NCBI RefSeq assembly: GCF_000023205.1
Contig: NC_012803.1
Span: 180,001 to 212,000 of the forward strand
Length of the DNA: 32,000 nt
From: Micrococcus luteus NCTC 2665
Lineage (GTDB): Bacteria; Actinomycetota; Actinomycetes; Actinomycetales; Micrococcaceae
Direction: 5' to 3'
Shown piece after piece: positions 7,911 to 15,910 of the stretch (position 1 is its first letter; each line of letters opens with the position of its first letter). A program made the position numbers and the translations under genes. The notes beneath the pieces are model-generated. The model saw only the letters and a list, made by a program, of their open reading frames with translations, was not told the origin of the DNA and made no database searches.

Positions 7911-9665
7911 ATGGACCCCAAGCACGACGACGGCGCACCCGGCCCCGGCGTGACCCCCGCGGTCCCCGCGGTCGGCGCCCCGCTGCTGGAGATCCGCGAC
8001 CTGGACGTGGAGTTCACCACCCAGCAGGGCACCGTGCAGGCCGTGGAGGGCGCGTCCCTCACGCTCCCGGCCGGGGGCACGCTGGCGATCGTGGGCGAGT
8101 CCGGCTCGGGCAAGTCCACCACCGCGATGGCCGCGATCGGCCTGCTGCCCGGCAACGGCCGGGTCACGGCAGGCTCCGTCCGCTTCGCGGGCGAGGAGCT
8201 CGTGGGCCTGCCCGAGTCGCGGATGCGCCGCATCCGTGGCCGCCGGATCGGGCTGGTGCCGCAGGACCCGATGTCCAACCTCAACCCCGTGACCCGGGTG
8301 GGTCAGCAGATCGGGGAGACCCTGCTGACCCACGGCATGGCGACGAAGAAGGACGTGGGGGCCGCCGTCGTCGAGGTGATGGAGCGCGCCGGCATCCCCG
8401 AGCCCGCGCGACGGGCCAAGCAGTACCCGCACGAGCTCTCGGGCGGTCTGCGCCAGCGCGTGCTGATCGCCATCGGCCTGGCGTGCCGGCCGCAGCTGCT
8501 GATCGCGGACGAGCCGACCTCCGCCCTGGACGTGACGGTGCAGCAGGTGATCCTGGACCAGATCGACGAGATGACCCGCGAGCTGGGCAGTTCCGTGCTG
8601 CTGATCACCCATGACCTCGGCCTCGCCGCCGAACGGGCGCAGCAGCTCGTGGTGATGCATCGCGGACGCGTGGTGGAGTCCGGCGATGCGCGGGCCATCC
8701 TCGAGGGCCCGCAGCACGCCTACACCCGCTCGCTCGTGGCGGCCGCGCCGTCGGTGGCGGCGGCCCGCCTGCTGCCCGAGGCCTTCGATCCCACGCCCGC
8801 CGCACTGGCCGAGGACGACACCGCGGCCCTGACCACGGTGGCCCTGGCGAAGCAGGACCTCACCCCGCTGGTGGAGATCCGCGACCTCACGAAGGTCTAT
8901 CCCGTGCGCGGGCACGAGGACTTCACCGCCGCGAAGGACGTCTCCCTGAAGATCCCGCGCGGCAAGACCGTCTCGATCGTCGGCGAGTCCGGCTCCGGCA
9001 AGACGACGACGGCGCGCATGCTGCTCAAGCTGATCGAGCCGACCTCGGGCGAGATCCGCTTCGAGGGCAAGGATGTGCTGGCGCTGAAGGGGGAGGGGCT
9101 CAAGGACTTCCGGCAGCGCGTGCAGGCCGTGTTCCAGGACCCCTTCTCCTCGCTCAACCCCTCGTTCACGGTGGGCCGCATCATCGAGGAGCCGCTGCAG
9201 ACGTACCGGCGGGGCAACGCCAGGCAGCGGCGGGCGCGCGTGCTCGAGCTCATGGACCAGGTGGCCCTGCCCTCGCACTTCCACCGCCGGTACCCCGCCG
9301 AGCTCTCGGGCGGACAGCGCCAGCGCGTGGCGATCGCCCGGGCGCTCGCGCTGAACCCCGAGCTGATCGTGTGCGACGAGCCGGTCTCCGCGCTGGACGT
9401 GCTCGTGCAGCATCAGATCCTCACGCTGCTGCGCCGCCTGCAGGACGAGCTGGGGCTGAGCTACCTGTTCATCTCGCACGACCTGGCGGTGGTGCGGCTC
9501 ATCTCCGACTACGTGTGCGTCATGAAGGACGGCCGGGTGGTGGAGGCGGCCAGCTCCGAGGAGGTCTTCACCAACCCGCGGCACCCGTACACGCGGCGGC
9601 TGCTCGCCTCGATCCCGGGCAACGAGCTGGGGATCGCGGTGGAGGCCGACGGCGAGCACGTCTGA
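7911..9665 (+). CDS. fused double ATP-binding subunit of the peptide ABC transporter (DppD/DppF fusion)
   Basis: Two complete ABC cassettes. First: GESGSGKST / LSGGLRQR / LLIADEPTSALD. Second: GESGSGKTT / LSGGQRQR / LIVCDEPVSALD. Confidence 0.9.
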   Translation: MDPKHDDGAPGPGVTPAVPAVGAPLLEIRDLDVEFTTQQGTVQAVEGASLTLPAGGTLAIVGESGSGKSTTAMAAIGLLPGNGRVTAGSVRFAGEELVGLPESRMRRIRGRRIGLVPQDPMSNLNPVTRVGQQIGETLLTHGMATKKDVGAAVVEVMERAGIPEPARRAKQYPHELSGGLRQRVLIAIGLACRPQLLIADEPTSALDVTVQQVILDQIDEMTRELGSSVLLITHDLGLAAERAQQLVVMHRGRVVESGDARAILEGPQHAYTRSLVAAAPSVAAARLLPEAFDPTPAALAEDDTAALTTVALAKQDLTPLVEIRDLTKVYPVRGHEDFTAAKDVSLKIPRGKTVSIVGESGSGKTTTARMLLKLIEPTSGEIRFEGKDVLALKGEGLKDFRQRVQAVFQDPFSSLNPSFTVGRIIEEPLQTYRRGNARQRRARVLELMDQVALPSHFHRRYPAELSGGQRQRVAIARALALNPELIVCDEPVSALDVLVQHQILTLLRRLQDELGLSYLFISHDLAVVRLISDYVCVMKDGRVVEAASSEEVFTNPRHPYTRRLLASIPGNELGIAVEADGEHV

Positions 9666-9679
9666 GCCGGCGCGCGCCC

Positions 9680-9742
9680 CGACCGACGCCCAGCGACATC
9701 ACCGCCGTTCTGCCCGGCGGCGATGTCGCTGGGCGTCGGTCG
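9680..9742. terminator. long hairpin between convergent genes (bidirectional terminator candidate)
   Basis: 28-nt arms at 9680-9707 and 9715-9742, complementary with one mismatch, and a 7-nt loop. It lies between the stop at 9665 (+) and the stop at 9794 (-). Confidence 0.6.
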
Positions 9743-9793
9743 TTCGGGGGAAGGGGCGAGGGGACCGGGGCGCAGGCGGGGGGAGCTAGGCGC

Positions 9794-10960
9794 TCAGCCC
9801 CGGGTCAGCTCCCACGTGAGCCGGGCGATCGCCTGCTCCTCGTCCGTGGGGATCACGAGCACGGGGATCGCCGAGCCCGGGGCGGAGATCACGGCGACGC
9901 CGTCGTCCCCTGCCCCGGACAGCCCGGCCTCGTTCGCCGCCGCGTCCAGCTCCACCCCGAGGGCGCCCAGGCGCTGCACCACGCGGGCCCGGAACGGCGC
10001 CGAGTTCTCGCCGATGCCCGCGGTGAACACGATCGCCTGGGCCCCGCCCACGGCCACGTGGTACCCGCCCACGTACTTGGCCAGCCGGTAGCTCGCCACG
10101 TCCAGGGCGGTGCGGGCGCGGCGGTCCCCGGCGTCCGCGGCCTCGACCACCTGGCGCATGTCCGCGTGCCCGGCCAGGCCCAGCAGGCCGGACTCCTTGT
10201 TCATCAGGGTGTCCATCTCCTCCGCGGAGCGCCCCTGCGTGCGCATCAGGTGGGTCACCACGGAGGGGTCCAGGTCGCCCGTGCGCGTGCCCATCACCAG
10301 GCCGGCCAGCGGGGTGAAGCCCATCGAGGTGTCCACGGAGGCGCCGTCGCGGATCGCGGTCGCGGAGGCCCCGTTGCCCAGGTGCAGCACGATCCCGGAG
10401 AACTCCTCCCGGGCCACGCCCAGGTGCCGCGCGGCCATGCCCGCCACGAGGTCGTGGCTCGTGCCGTGGAAGCCGTACCGGCGGATGCCGTGCTCGCGGT
10501 AGACGCTCTCCGGCAGGGCGTACTGCCATGCCTCGCGCGGCATGGTCTGGTGGAACGAGGTGTCGAACACGACCACCTGCGGCATGTCCGGGTAGCGCTC
10601 GGTCATGGCGCGCAGGCCCTGCGCGGCGGCCGGGTTGTGCAGGGGGGCCAGGGGCGCGAGCCGCTCGATCGCCCGGATCACCTCGTTGGTCACGAGCGCC
10701 GCCGCGGTGAACCGCTCGCCGCCGTGCACCACGCGATGGCCGGCGGCGTCGATCGGGCGGTCCCCGATCACCCGGAACACCTCCGCCTCCACCCGCTCCA
10801 GGGCCGCGGCGTGGTCCGGCACGTCCGAGCCGGGCACGCCGATGCGCTCCACCAGGCCCTTGGCGAGGACGGGCCGGGGGCCGTCCGCGCCGTCGTCGGC
10901 CAGCTCGCGGAGCTGGTACTTCAGGGACGAGGAGCCGGAGTTGATGACGAGGACGAGCAC
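9794..10960 (-). CDS. ackA: acetate kinase
   Basis: VLVINSGSSSLKYQL N-terminal motif, plus FHGTSH and TAGIGENS motifs. GTG start at 10960 is preceded by GGAAGGA. The longer ORF 9794..13189 is an off-frame artefact over pta. Confidence 0.9.
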   Translation of the reverse strand: MLVLVINSGSSSLKYQLRELADDGADGPRPVLAKGLVERIGVPGSDVPDHAAALERVEAEVFRVIGDRPIDAAGHRVVHGGERFTAAALVTNEVIRAIERLAPLAPLHNPAAAQGLRAMTERYPDMPQVVVFDTSFHQTMPREAWQYALPESVYREHGIRRYGFHGTSHDLVAGMAARHLGVAREEFSGIVLHLGNGASATAIRDGASVDTSMGFTPLAGLVMGTRTGDLDPSVVTHLMRTQGRSAEEMDTLMNKESGLLGLAGHADMRQVVEAADAGDRRARTALDVASYRLAKYVGGYHVAVGGAQAIVFTAGIGENSAPFRARVVQRLGALGVELDAAANEAGLSGAGDDGVAVISAPGSAIPVLVIPTDEEQAIARLTWELTRG

Positions 10961-10980
10961 GGCGGAGTCCTTCCCGGGCG

Positions 10981-13056
10981 TCAGCCCTGGTCCTGGGCCT
11001 GGATGGCGGTGATGGCCACGGTGTTGACGATGTCCTCCACGGTGGTGCCGCGCGAGAGGTCGTTCACGGGCTTGTTCAGCCCCTGCAGGACCGGCCCGAC
11101 GGCGACGGCGCCCGAGGACTGCTGCACCGCCTTGTACGTGTTGTTGCCGGTGTTCAGGTCCGGGAACACGAACACGGTGGCCTGCCCCGCCACCTCGGAG
11201 TCCGGCATCTTGGAGGCGGCCACGGAGGCGTTCACCGCGGCGTCGTACTGCAGCGGGCCCTCCACCTTCAGCTCCGGGGCGCGCTCGCGGACCAGCTCGG
11301 TGGCGGCGCGGACCTTGTCCACGGCCTCGCCGGAGCCCGAGGCGCCCGTGGAGTAGGAGAGCATGGCGACGCGCGGGTCCACGCCGAACTGCGCGGCGGT
11401 GGCGGCGGAGGCCACGGCGATGTCCGCGAGCTGCTCCGCGTCCGGGTCCGGGTTCACGGCGCAGTCGCCGTAGACGAGGGCCCGGTCGGGCAGGAGCATG
11501 AAGAACACCGAGGACACGATGGACGCCCCGGGCCGGGTCTTCACGAACTCCAGGGCCGGGCGGATGGTGTTGGCGGTGGTGTGCGCGGCGCCGGAGACCA
11601 TGCCGTCCGCGTCGCCGAGGTGGACCATCATCGTGCCGAAGTAGGCGCCCTCCTGCATGACCTCGCGGGCGCGCTCGAGGTCCACGCCCCTGTGCGCGCG
11701 CAGGCGGGCGTACTCCTGCGCGTAGCGCTCCAGGTCCGGGGAGTCGGCCGGGTCCACGAGGTCGATCCCGGCCAGGTCCACGCCCTCGCGGGAGGCCAGC
11801 TCCTTCACGGCGGACTCGGGCCCGAGCACCACGAGGTCGCACACGTCCCGGCGCTGCAGGATCTCGGCGGCGCGCAGCACGCGGGCGTCCTCGCCCTCGG
11901 GCAGCACGATCTGGCGGCGGTCCGCGCGGGCGCGGGTGATCAGCTCGTGCAGGAAGCGCAGCGGGGTGACGACGTCGGAGCGCGGCAGGTCGAAGCGGCC
12001 CAGCAGCTCGTCCCCGTCCACGCGCTGGTGCCAGGCGCCGAGCGCGGCGGCGGTCTTGCGCGGCTGCGCGCTGGAGAGCTCGGAGCGCACGCGGGAGACC
12101 TTGGCGGCGGTGGTGAACGTGTCGTCGTGCGTGGCGAACACGGGGAAGGCGGCGTCCAGGTAGAGCCGCTGCAGCTGGCGGTTGGGGAGGATCCCGTTGG
12201 TGAGGATCATGCCGGAGGGCGTGGGGAAGTCCGGGGTCAGCGAGGAGGCGACGGTGGCCAGGATCGCGTCCGAGCGGTCCCCGGAGACGATCACGAGCGC
12301 GCCGTCCCGCAGCACCTCGAGGAAGTTGCCGCCCTCCATGGAGACGGCCTTGACCTCGGTGACGTCGCGGTCCAGCGTCTCCTGGCCCGCCACCTGCTCC
12401 AGGCGCAGGGCGGCGGCCACCTCGGCCACCGACGGGTGGGCGAGCTCGGGCAGCTCGGGGAGGACGTAGACGGGCCAGGCGTGCCGGCCGGGGCGCACGG
12501 CGGCGCCCACGGCGTCCAGCTGCCGCGGGTCCGCGCGGTTGACCATGACGGCCAGCAGCTCCACGCCGGCGTCGTCGAGGGTGCGGCGGGCCAGGTCCAC
12601 GACGTCGGCGGCCTGCTCCGGCGTCATCTCGGCGCCGGAGACCACGGCGACCACCGGGGTGCCGAGGTTGCGGGCCAGCTGGGCGTTGAGGTCGAGGTCG
12701 GCGGCCGGGTCCGGGCTGATCAGGTCGGTGCCCTCCACCACGACGACGCCGCACGCGGCCCGCATCGCGTCGTACTGCTCCACGCAGCGCTGCTGGACCT
12801 CGTCGCCGCGGCCCTCGGCCATGAGGGTGCGGGCCTCGGCGGCGGTGAGCCCGCCGCGGGCCTGCTCGGCGGTGAGGCCGAACTGCTCGCGCATGAGCAG
12901 GACCATGGGGTCGGCCTCCACGTCCTCCCCGGGGACCACGGGGCGGAAGTAGCCCACCGTGCCGGAGCGCCGGTAGAGGGAGTCCGCCAGCCCGAGGCTG
13001 ACGAGGGACTTGCCGGCGCCGGTCGAGGTGGTGGAGACGAAGATTCCCTGGGGCAT
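10981..13056 (-). CDS. pta: phosphate acetyltransferase, long form with N-terminal DRTGG/BioD-like domain
   Basis: Starts MPQGIFVSTTSTGAGKS (P-loop-like N-domain). The C-terminal PTA domain has GMVSGAAHTTANTIRP and the ending LSRGTTVEDIVNTVAITAIQA. ATG 13056 is preceded by GGAAGG. Confidence 0.9.
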   Translation of the reverse strand: MPQGIFVSTTSTGAGKSLVSLGLADSLYRRSGTVGYFRPVVPGEDVEADPMVLLMREQFGLTAEQARGGLTAAEARTLMAEGRGDEVQQRCVEQYDAMRAACGVVVVEGTDLISPDPAADLDLNAQLARNLGTPVVAVVSGAEMTPEQAADVVDLARRTLDDAGVELLAVMVNRADPRQLDAVGAAVRPGRHAWPVYVLPELPELAHPSVAEVAAALRLEQVAGQETLDRDVTEVKAVSMEGGNFLEVLRDGALVIVSGDRSDAILATVASSLTPDFPTPSGMILTNGILPNRQLQRLYLDAAFPVFATHDDTFTTAAKVSRVRSELSSAQPRKTAAALGAWHQRVDGDELLGRFDLPRSDVVTPLRFLHELITRARADRRQIVLPEGEDARVLRAAEILQRRDVCDLVVLGPESAVKELASREGVDLAGIDLVDPADSPDLERYAQEYARLRAHRGVDLERAREVMQEGAYFGTMMVHLGDADGMVSGAAHTTANTIRPALEFVKTRPGASIVSSVFFMLLPDRALVYGDCAVNPDPDAEQLADIAVASAATAAQFGVDPRVAMLSYSTGASGSGEAVDKVRAATELVRERAPELKVEGPLQYDAAVNASVAASKMPDSEVAGQATVFVFPDLNTGNNTYKAVQQSSGAVAVGPVLQGLNKPVNDLSRGTTVEDIVNTVAITAIQAQDQG

Positions 13057-13194
13057 CGCGGACCTTCCGAAGGCGGGGGAGCGGGGGCGGGGGAGACGAG
13101 TGGGCGGAGGCGGGTGCGCGGGGGCACGGACGCTCCTCACAGTACCCACGGCCTCCCGACGACGGCCCGCCCCCGCCGCCTCCCCTCACCAGCC

Positions 13195-13330
13195 CTTTTC
13201 GTGCGGGGAACGGGAGCCTCCCACGCCGCTTTCGTGCGGGAAACGGGAGCCTTCGCGGGGGTGCTTTCGCACCCTCGTTCCCGTTTCCCGCACGAAAACG
13301 ATCGGTGCTTTCGTGTGGGAAATGGGAGCC
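13195..13330. repeat. array of four about 24-nt TTTCGTGCGGGAAAC-type repeat units (three direct, one inverted)
   Basis: Units: 13195-13218 CTTTTCGTGCGGGGAACGGGAGCC; 13228-13251 GCTTTCGTGCGGGAAACGGGAGCC; 13276-13299 (minus) GTTTTCGTGCGGGAAACGGGAACG; 13307-13330 GCTTTCGTGTGGGAAATGGGAGCC. Positions 13230-13248 and 13279-13297 form a 19-bp perfect inverted repeat. Confidence 0.9.
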
Positions 13331-13488
13331 CCCGCACCGTCATGGGTGACGCGTGTCTCGCTCCCACGTGATAGGAGTGACATCACTCGCACCCCCGCCC
13401 CGGCATCCCCGGACGCGGTGCACGCCGCCGGCCGCGCGCCGTCGTCGTCCTCCGTGGCCACCGGGCGCCCGACCGATGAGGAACCCCC

Positions 13489-14829
13489 ATGGCCCACACA
13501 GCAGACCGCGGCCGCCCCGTGCACAACCCCGACATCATCGGGTTCACGGACGCCGAGCTCAACGAGACCCCCATCCGGCCGAAGAGGAACTCGCTGGGAC
13601 CCGGCATCGTGGCGGCCGCCACGGGCGTGGGCGCCGCGGACCTCGTGGCCACCCTCACCGCCGGCTCCCGCTACGGCTACATGCTCCTGTGGGCCGTGAT
13701 CCTGGGCGTGATCTTCAAGATCGTGCTCGTGGAGGGCGTGGGCCGCTGGTACCTGTCCACCGGCAAGACGATCTTCCAGGGCTGGCGCTCGCTGGGCTCC
13801 TGGACCTCCTGGTACTTCGGCCCCTACATCCTGATCTGGGGCTTCGTGTACGGCGCCACCGCCATGAGCTCGGCCGCGCTGCCCCTGGCCGCGCTGTTCC
13901 CGGGCGTGGACATGAAGGTCTACGCGATCGGCCTGGGCCTCGTGGGCCTGGGCCTGGTGTGGCTGAACCGGTACGGGCTGATCGAGAAGCTCATGACGGT
14001 GCTGATCGGCGTCATGTTCCTGACCGTCCTGTTCTCCGCGGCGCTCACCGCCCCCAACGTGGGCGACATCCTCGCCGGCCTGGTCCCGCGCATCCCGTCC
14101 GGCGACCCGGACGTCATGTTCTACGTGCTCGGCCTGGCCGGCGGCGTGGGCGGCACCATCACCCTCGGCGCGTACGCCTACTGGCTGCGCGAGAAGGGCT
14201 GGAACGTCCCGAAGTACATGCGGGTGATGAAGTTCGACAACGCGACGTCGTACATCCTCACCGGCATCTTCGTGATCGCCACCATGATCATGGGCGTCGA
14301 GCTGCTCCACTCGGCCGGCCTGGCGATCTCCTCCGGTGACCGCGGCCTGCTCGACGTCGGCAACGTGCTCGCCGAGCGCTACGGCCAGGCGTACTCCGTG
14401 GTGTTCCTGGTGGGCTTCTTCGCCGCGTCCTTCTCCTCGCTTCTGGGCGTGTGGCACGGCGTCTCCCTGATGTTCGCGGACTTCTGGACGAACTTCCGCC
14501 GCCCCGCGGACGAGCTCGACCAGGACGACGCCCCCTCGCTGGCCTCGAAGCCGGGCCGCTTCTTCCTGCTGTGGCTGACCTTCCCGCCGATGACCCTGCT
14601 GTTCCTGGATCGCCCGATCTTCCTGATCCTGCTCTACGGCACGCTCGGCGCCTTGTTCATGCCGTTCCTGGCCGTGACGCTGCTGTTCCTGAACAACAAG
14701 AAGGAGGTGCCGGCCCAGTTCCGCAACGGCTGGATCCGCAACACGCTGCTGGGCCTGACGGCCGCCGTGTTCGTGGCGATCGGCGTGAACGAGCTGTGGA
14801 AGGCCCTGCAGCCGGTGCTCGGGGGGTGA
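13489..14829 (+). CDS. mntH: Nramp-family divalent metal (Mn/Fe) transporter
   Basis: GPGIVAAATGVGAADLVATLTAGSRYGYMLLW is an Nramp signature region, and the protein is a multi-TM protein of 446 aa. SD GAGGAA lies upstream of ATG 13489. Confidence 0.85.
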   Translation: MAHTADRGRPVHNPDIIGFTDAELNETPIRPKRNSLGPGIVAAATGVGAADLVATLTAGSRYGYMLLWAVILGVIFKIVLVEGVGRWYLSTGKTIFQGWRSLGSWTSWYFGPYILIWGFVYGATAMSSAALPLAALFPGVDMKVYAIGLGLVGLGLVWLNRYGLIEKLMTVLIGVMFLTVLFSAALTAPNVGDILAGLVPRIPSGDPDVMFYVLGLAGGVGGTITLGAYAYWLREKGWNVPKYMRVMKFDNATSYILTGIFVIATMIMGVELLHSAGLAISSGDRGLLDVGNVLAERYGQAYSVVFLVGFFAASFSSLLGVWHGVSLMFADFWTNFRRPADELDQDDAPSLASKPGRFFLLWLTFPPMTLLFLDRPIFLILLYGTLGALFMPFLAVTLLFLNNKKEVPAQFRNGWIRNTLLGLTAAVFVAIGVNELWKALQPVLGG

Positions 14830-14860
14830 GCCGGCGGCGGGAGCGGGGCACACTGGTGCC

Positions 14861-15238
14861 ATGATCGTCGCCTTCTCCGTCGCCCCCTCCGGCCAACCCG
14901 CCGACGCCGACCACCTGCCCGGCGACGCGGACACCGCGTCCGTGCACCGGGCGGTCGCGGCCGCCGTCGCCGTGGTGCGCGCCTCCGGCCTGCCGCACCG
15001 CACCTCCTCGATGTTCACCGAGATCGAGGGGGAGTGGGACGAGGTGATGGAGGTCGTGCGCGCCGCCGTGGACGCCGTGTCCCCGTACGGCTCCCGCGTC
15101 TCGCTCGTGCTGAAGGCGGACATCCGCCCCGGCCACACCGGCGAGCTGGACGGCAAGCTCGAGCGTCTCGAGTCGGCCCTCGCCGAGGACGAGGAGCGGC
15201 GCGTCACCCCGGCCCCGCGCGACGGCGACGCCGGGTGA
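14861..15238 (+). CDS. MTH1187/YkoF-family (UPF0045) thiamine-binding-like protein
   Basis: 125 aa. MIVAFSVAP...SMFTEIEGEWDEVMEVVRAAVDAV...VSLVLKADIRPG matches the pattern of this family. Confidence 0.7.
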   Translation: MIVAFSVAPSGQPADADHLPGDADTASVHRAVAAAVAVVRASGLPHRTSSMFTEIEGEWDEVMEVVRAAVDAVSPYGSRVSLVLKADIRPGHTGELDGKLERLESALAEDEERRVTPAPRDGDAG

Positions 15239-15263
15239 CCCCTCTCCCCGCTGCCCCCCGGAC

Positions 15264-15320
15264 GCTTTCGTTCGGGAAACGGCGGCGTGCCGAGGCGCTT
15301 TCGTTCGAGAAGTGGCCGCC
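15264..15320 (+). repeat. two direct copies of the same about 24-nt repeat family, 33 nt apart
   Basis: 15264-15287 GCTTTCGTTCGGGAAACGGCGGCG and 15297-15320 GCTTTCGTTCGAGAAGTGGCCGCC, in the 108-nt gap between co-directional genes. Confidence 0.85.
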
Positions 15321-15346
15321 GCGCCGGCGGCCCGGAGGAGCAGCCC

Positions 15347-15910
15347 GTGCCTGAGCCCGTGACCGTGCGCCCCGCCGCCCCCGGGGACGTCGAGGCGCTG
15401 CTGCGCGTCAAGGCGCGGTCGTGGCGGGAGGCCTACGGCGCGCTCCTGCCGTCCGCGCACCTGGACGCGATCGAGGCCCGGATCCCGGAGGACGTGCCCG
15501 CGTGGACCGCGCTGATCGGATCGGACCGGGACCTCTGGGTCGCCGACGACGGCGGCCGGCTGCTCGGCGTGGCGCTCGCGGGGCCCCGTCGCTCGGCGGC
15601 GGAGACGGGCCGGACGGGTGCGGACGACGCGCCCGCATCGCCCGCCGACCTGCCCGATGCGGAGCTCATGGTGCTCTACGTCCTGGCCGAGGCGTACGGG
15701 ACCGGTGTGGGAGCGCGCCTGCTGGACGCCGTCGTCGGGGAGCGTCCCGCGATGCTGCGCGTCCTCGCCGAGAATCCGCGGGCCGTGGCGTTCTACGCCA
15801 AGCACGGGTTCGCGGCCGTGGGGGCGCCGGAGCCGATGACCGGCCCGTGGGCCGGCCTGCACGAGCAGCTGATGGTGCGCCGCCTCCCGCACGACGGCGG
15901 TGCGGCGTGA
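15347..15910 (+). CDS. GNAT-family N-acetyltransferase
   Basis: VRPAAPGDVEALLRVK start, acetyl-CoA motif region VLAEAYGTGVGARLLDA, and NPRAVAFYAKHGF. GTG 15347 is preceded by GGAGGAG. The longer ORF from 15287 would translate through the repeat unit. Confidence 0.8.
   Translation: MPEPVTVRPAAPGDVEALLRVKARSWREAYGALLPSAHLDAIEARIPEDVPAWTALIGSDRDLWVADDGGRLLGVALAGPRRSAAETGRTGADDAPASPADLPDAELMVLYVLAEAYGTGVGARLLDAVVGERPAMLRVLAENPRAVAFYAKHGFAAVGAPEPMTGPWAGLHEQLMVRRLPHDGGAA

Noticed and set aside
9794-13189. A 1131-aa ORF, and the 722-aa version of pta starting at 13149.
   Set aside because: The ackA motifs begin only at 10960, and the upstream part is Arg/Pro/Gly junk overlapping pta out of frame. 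For pta, the conserved N-terminus MPQGIFVSTTSTGAGKS with a good SD at 13056 makes the 30-residue extension unlikely.
13195-13330. Possibility that the 24-nt repeat arrays are a degenerate or mini CRISPR array.
   Set aside because: The spacers between units are only about 9 nt, one unit is inverted, there are no cas genes in the window, and the copies are scattered in twos to fours at unrelated loci.
15287-15346. Longer GNAT ORF starting at GTG 15287.
   Set aside because: It would translate straight through a repeat unit as an Arg/Ser-rich peptide. A strong SD (GGAGGAG) precedes GTG 15347, where the GNAT homology begins.
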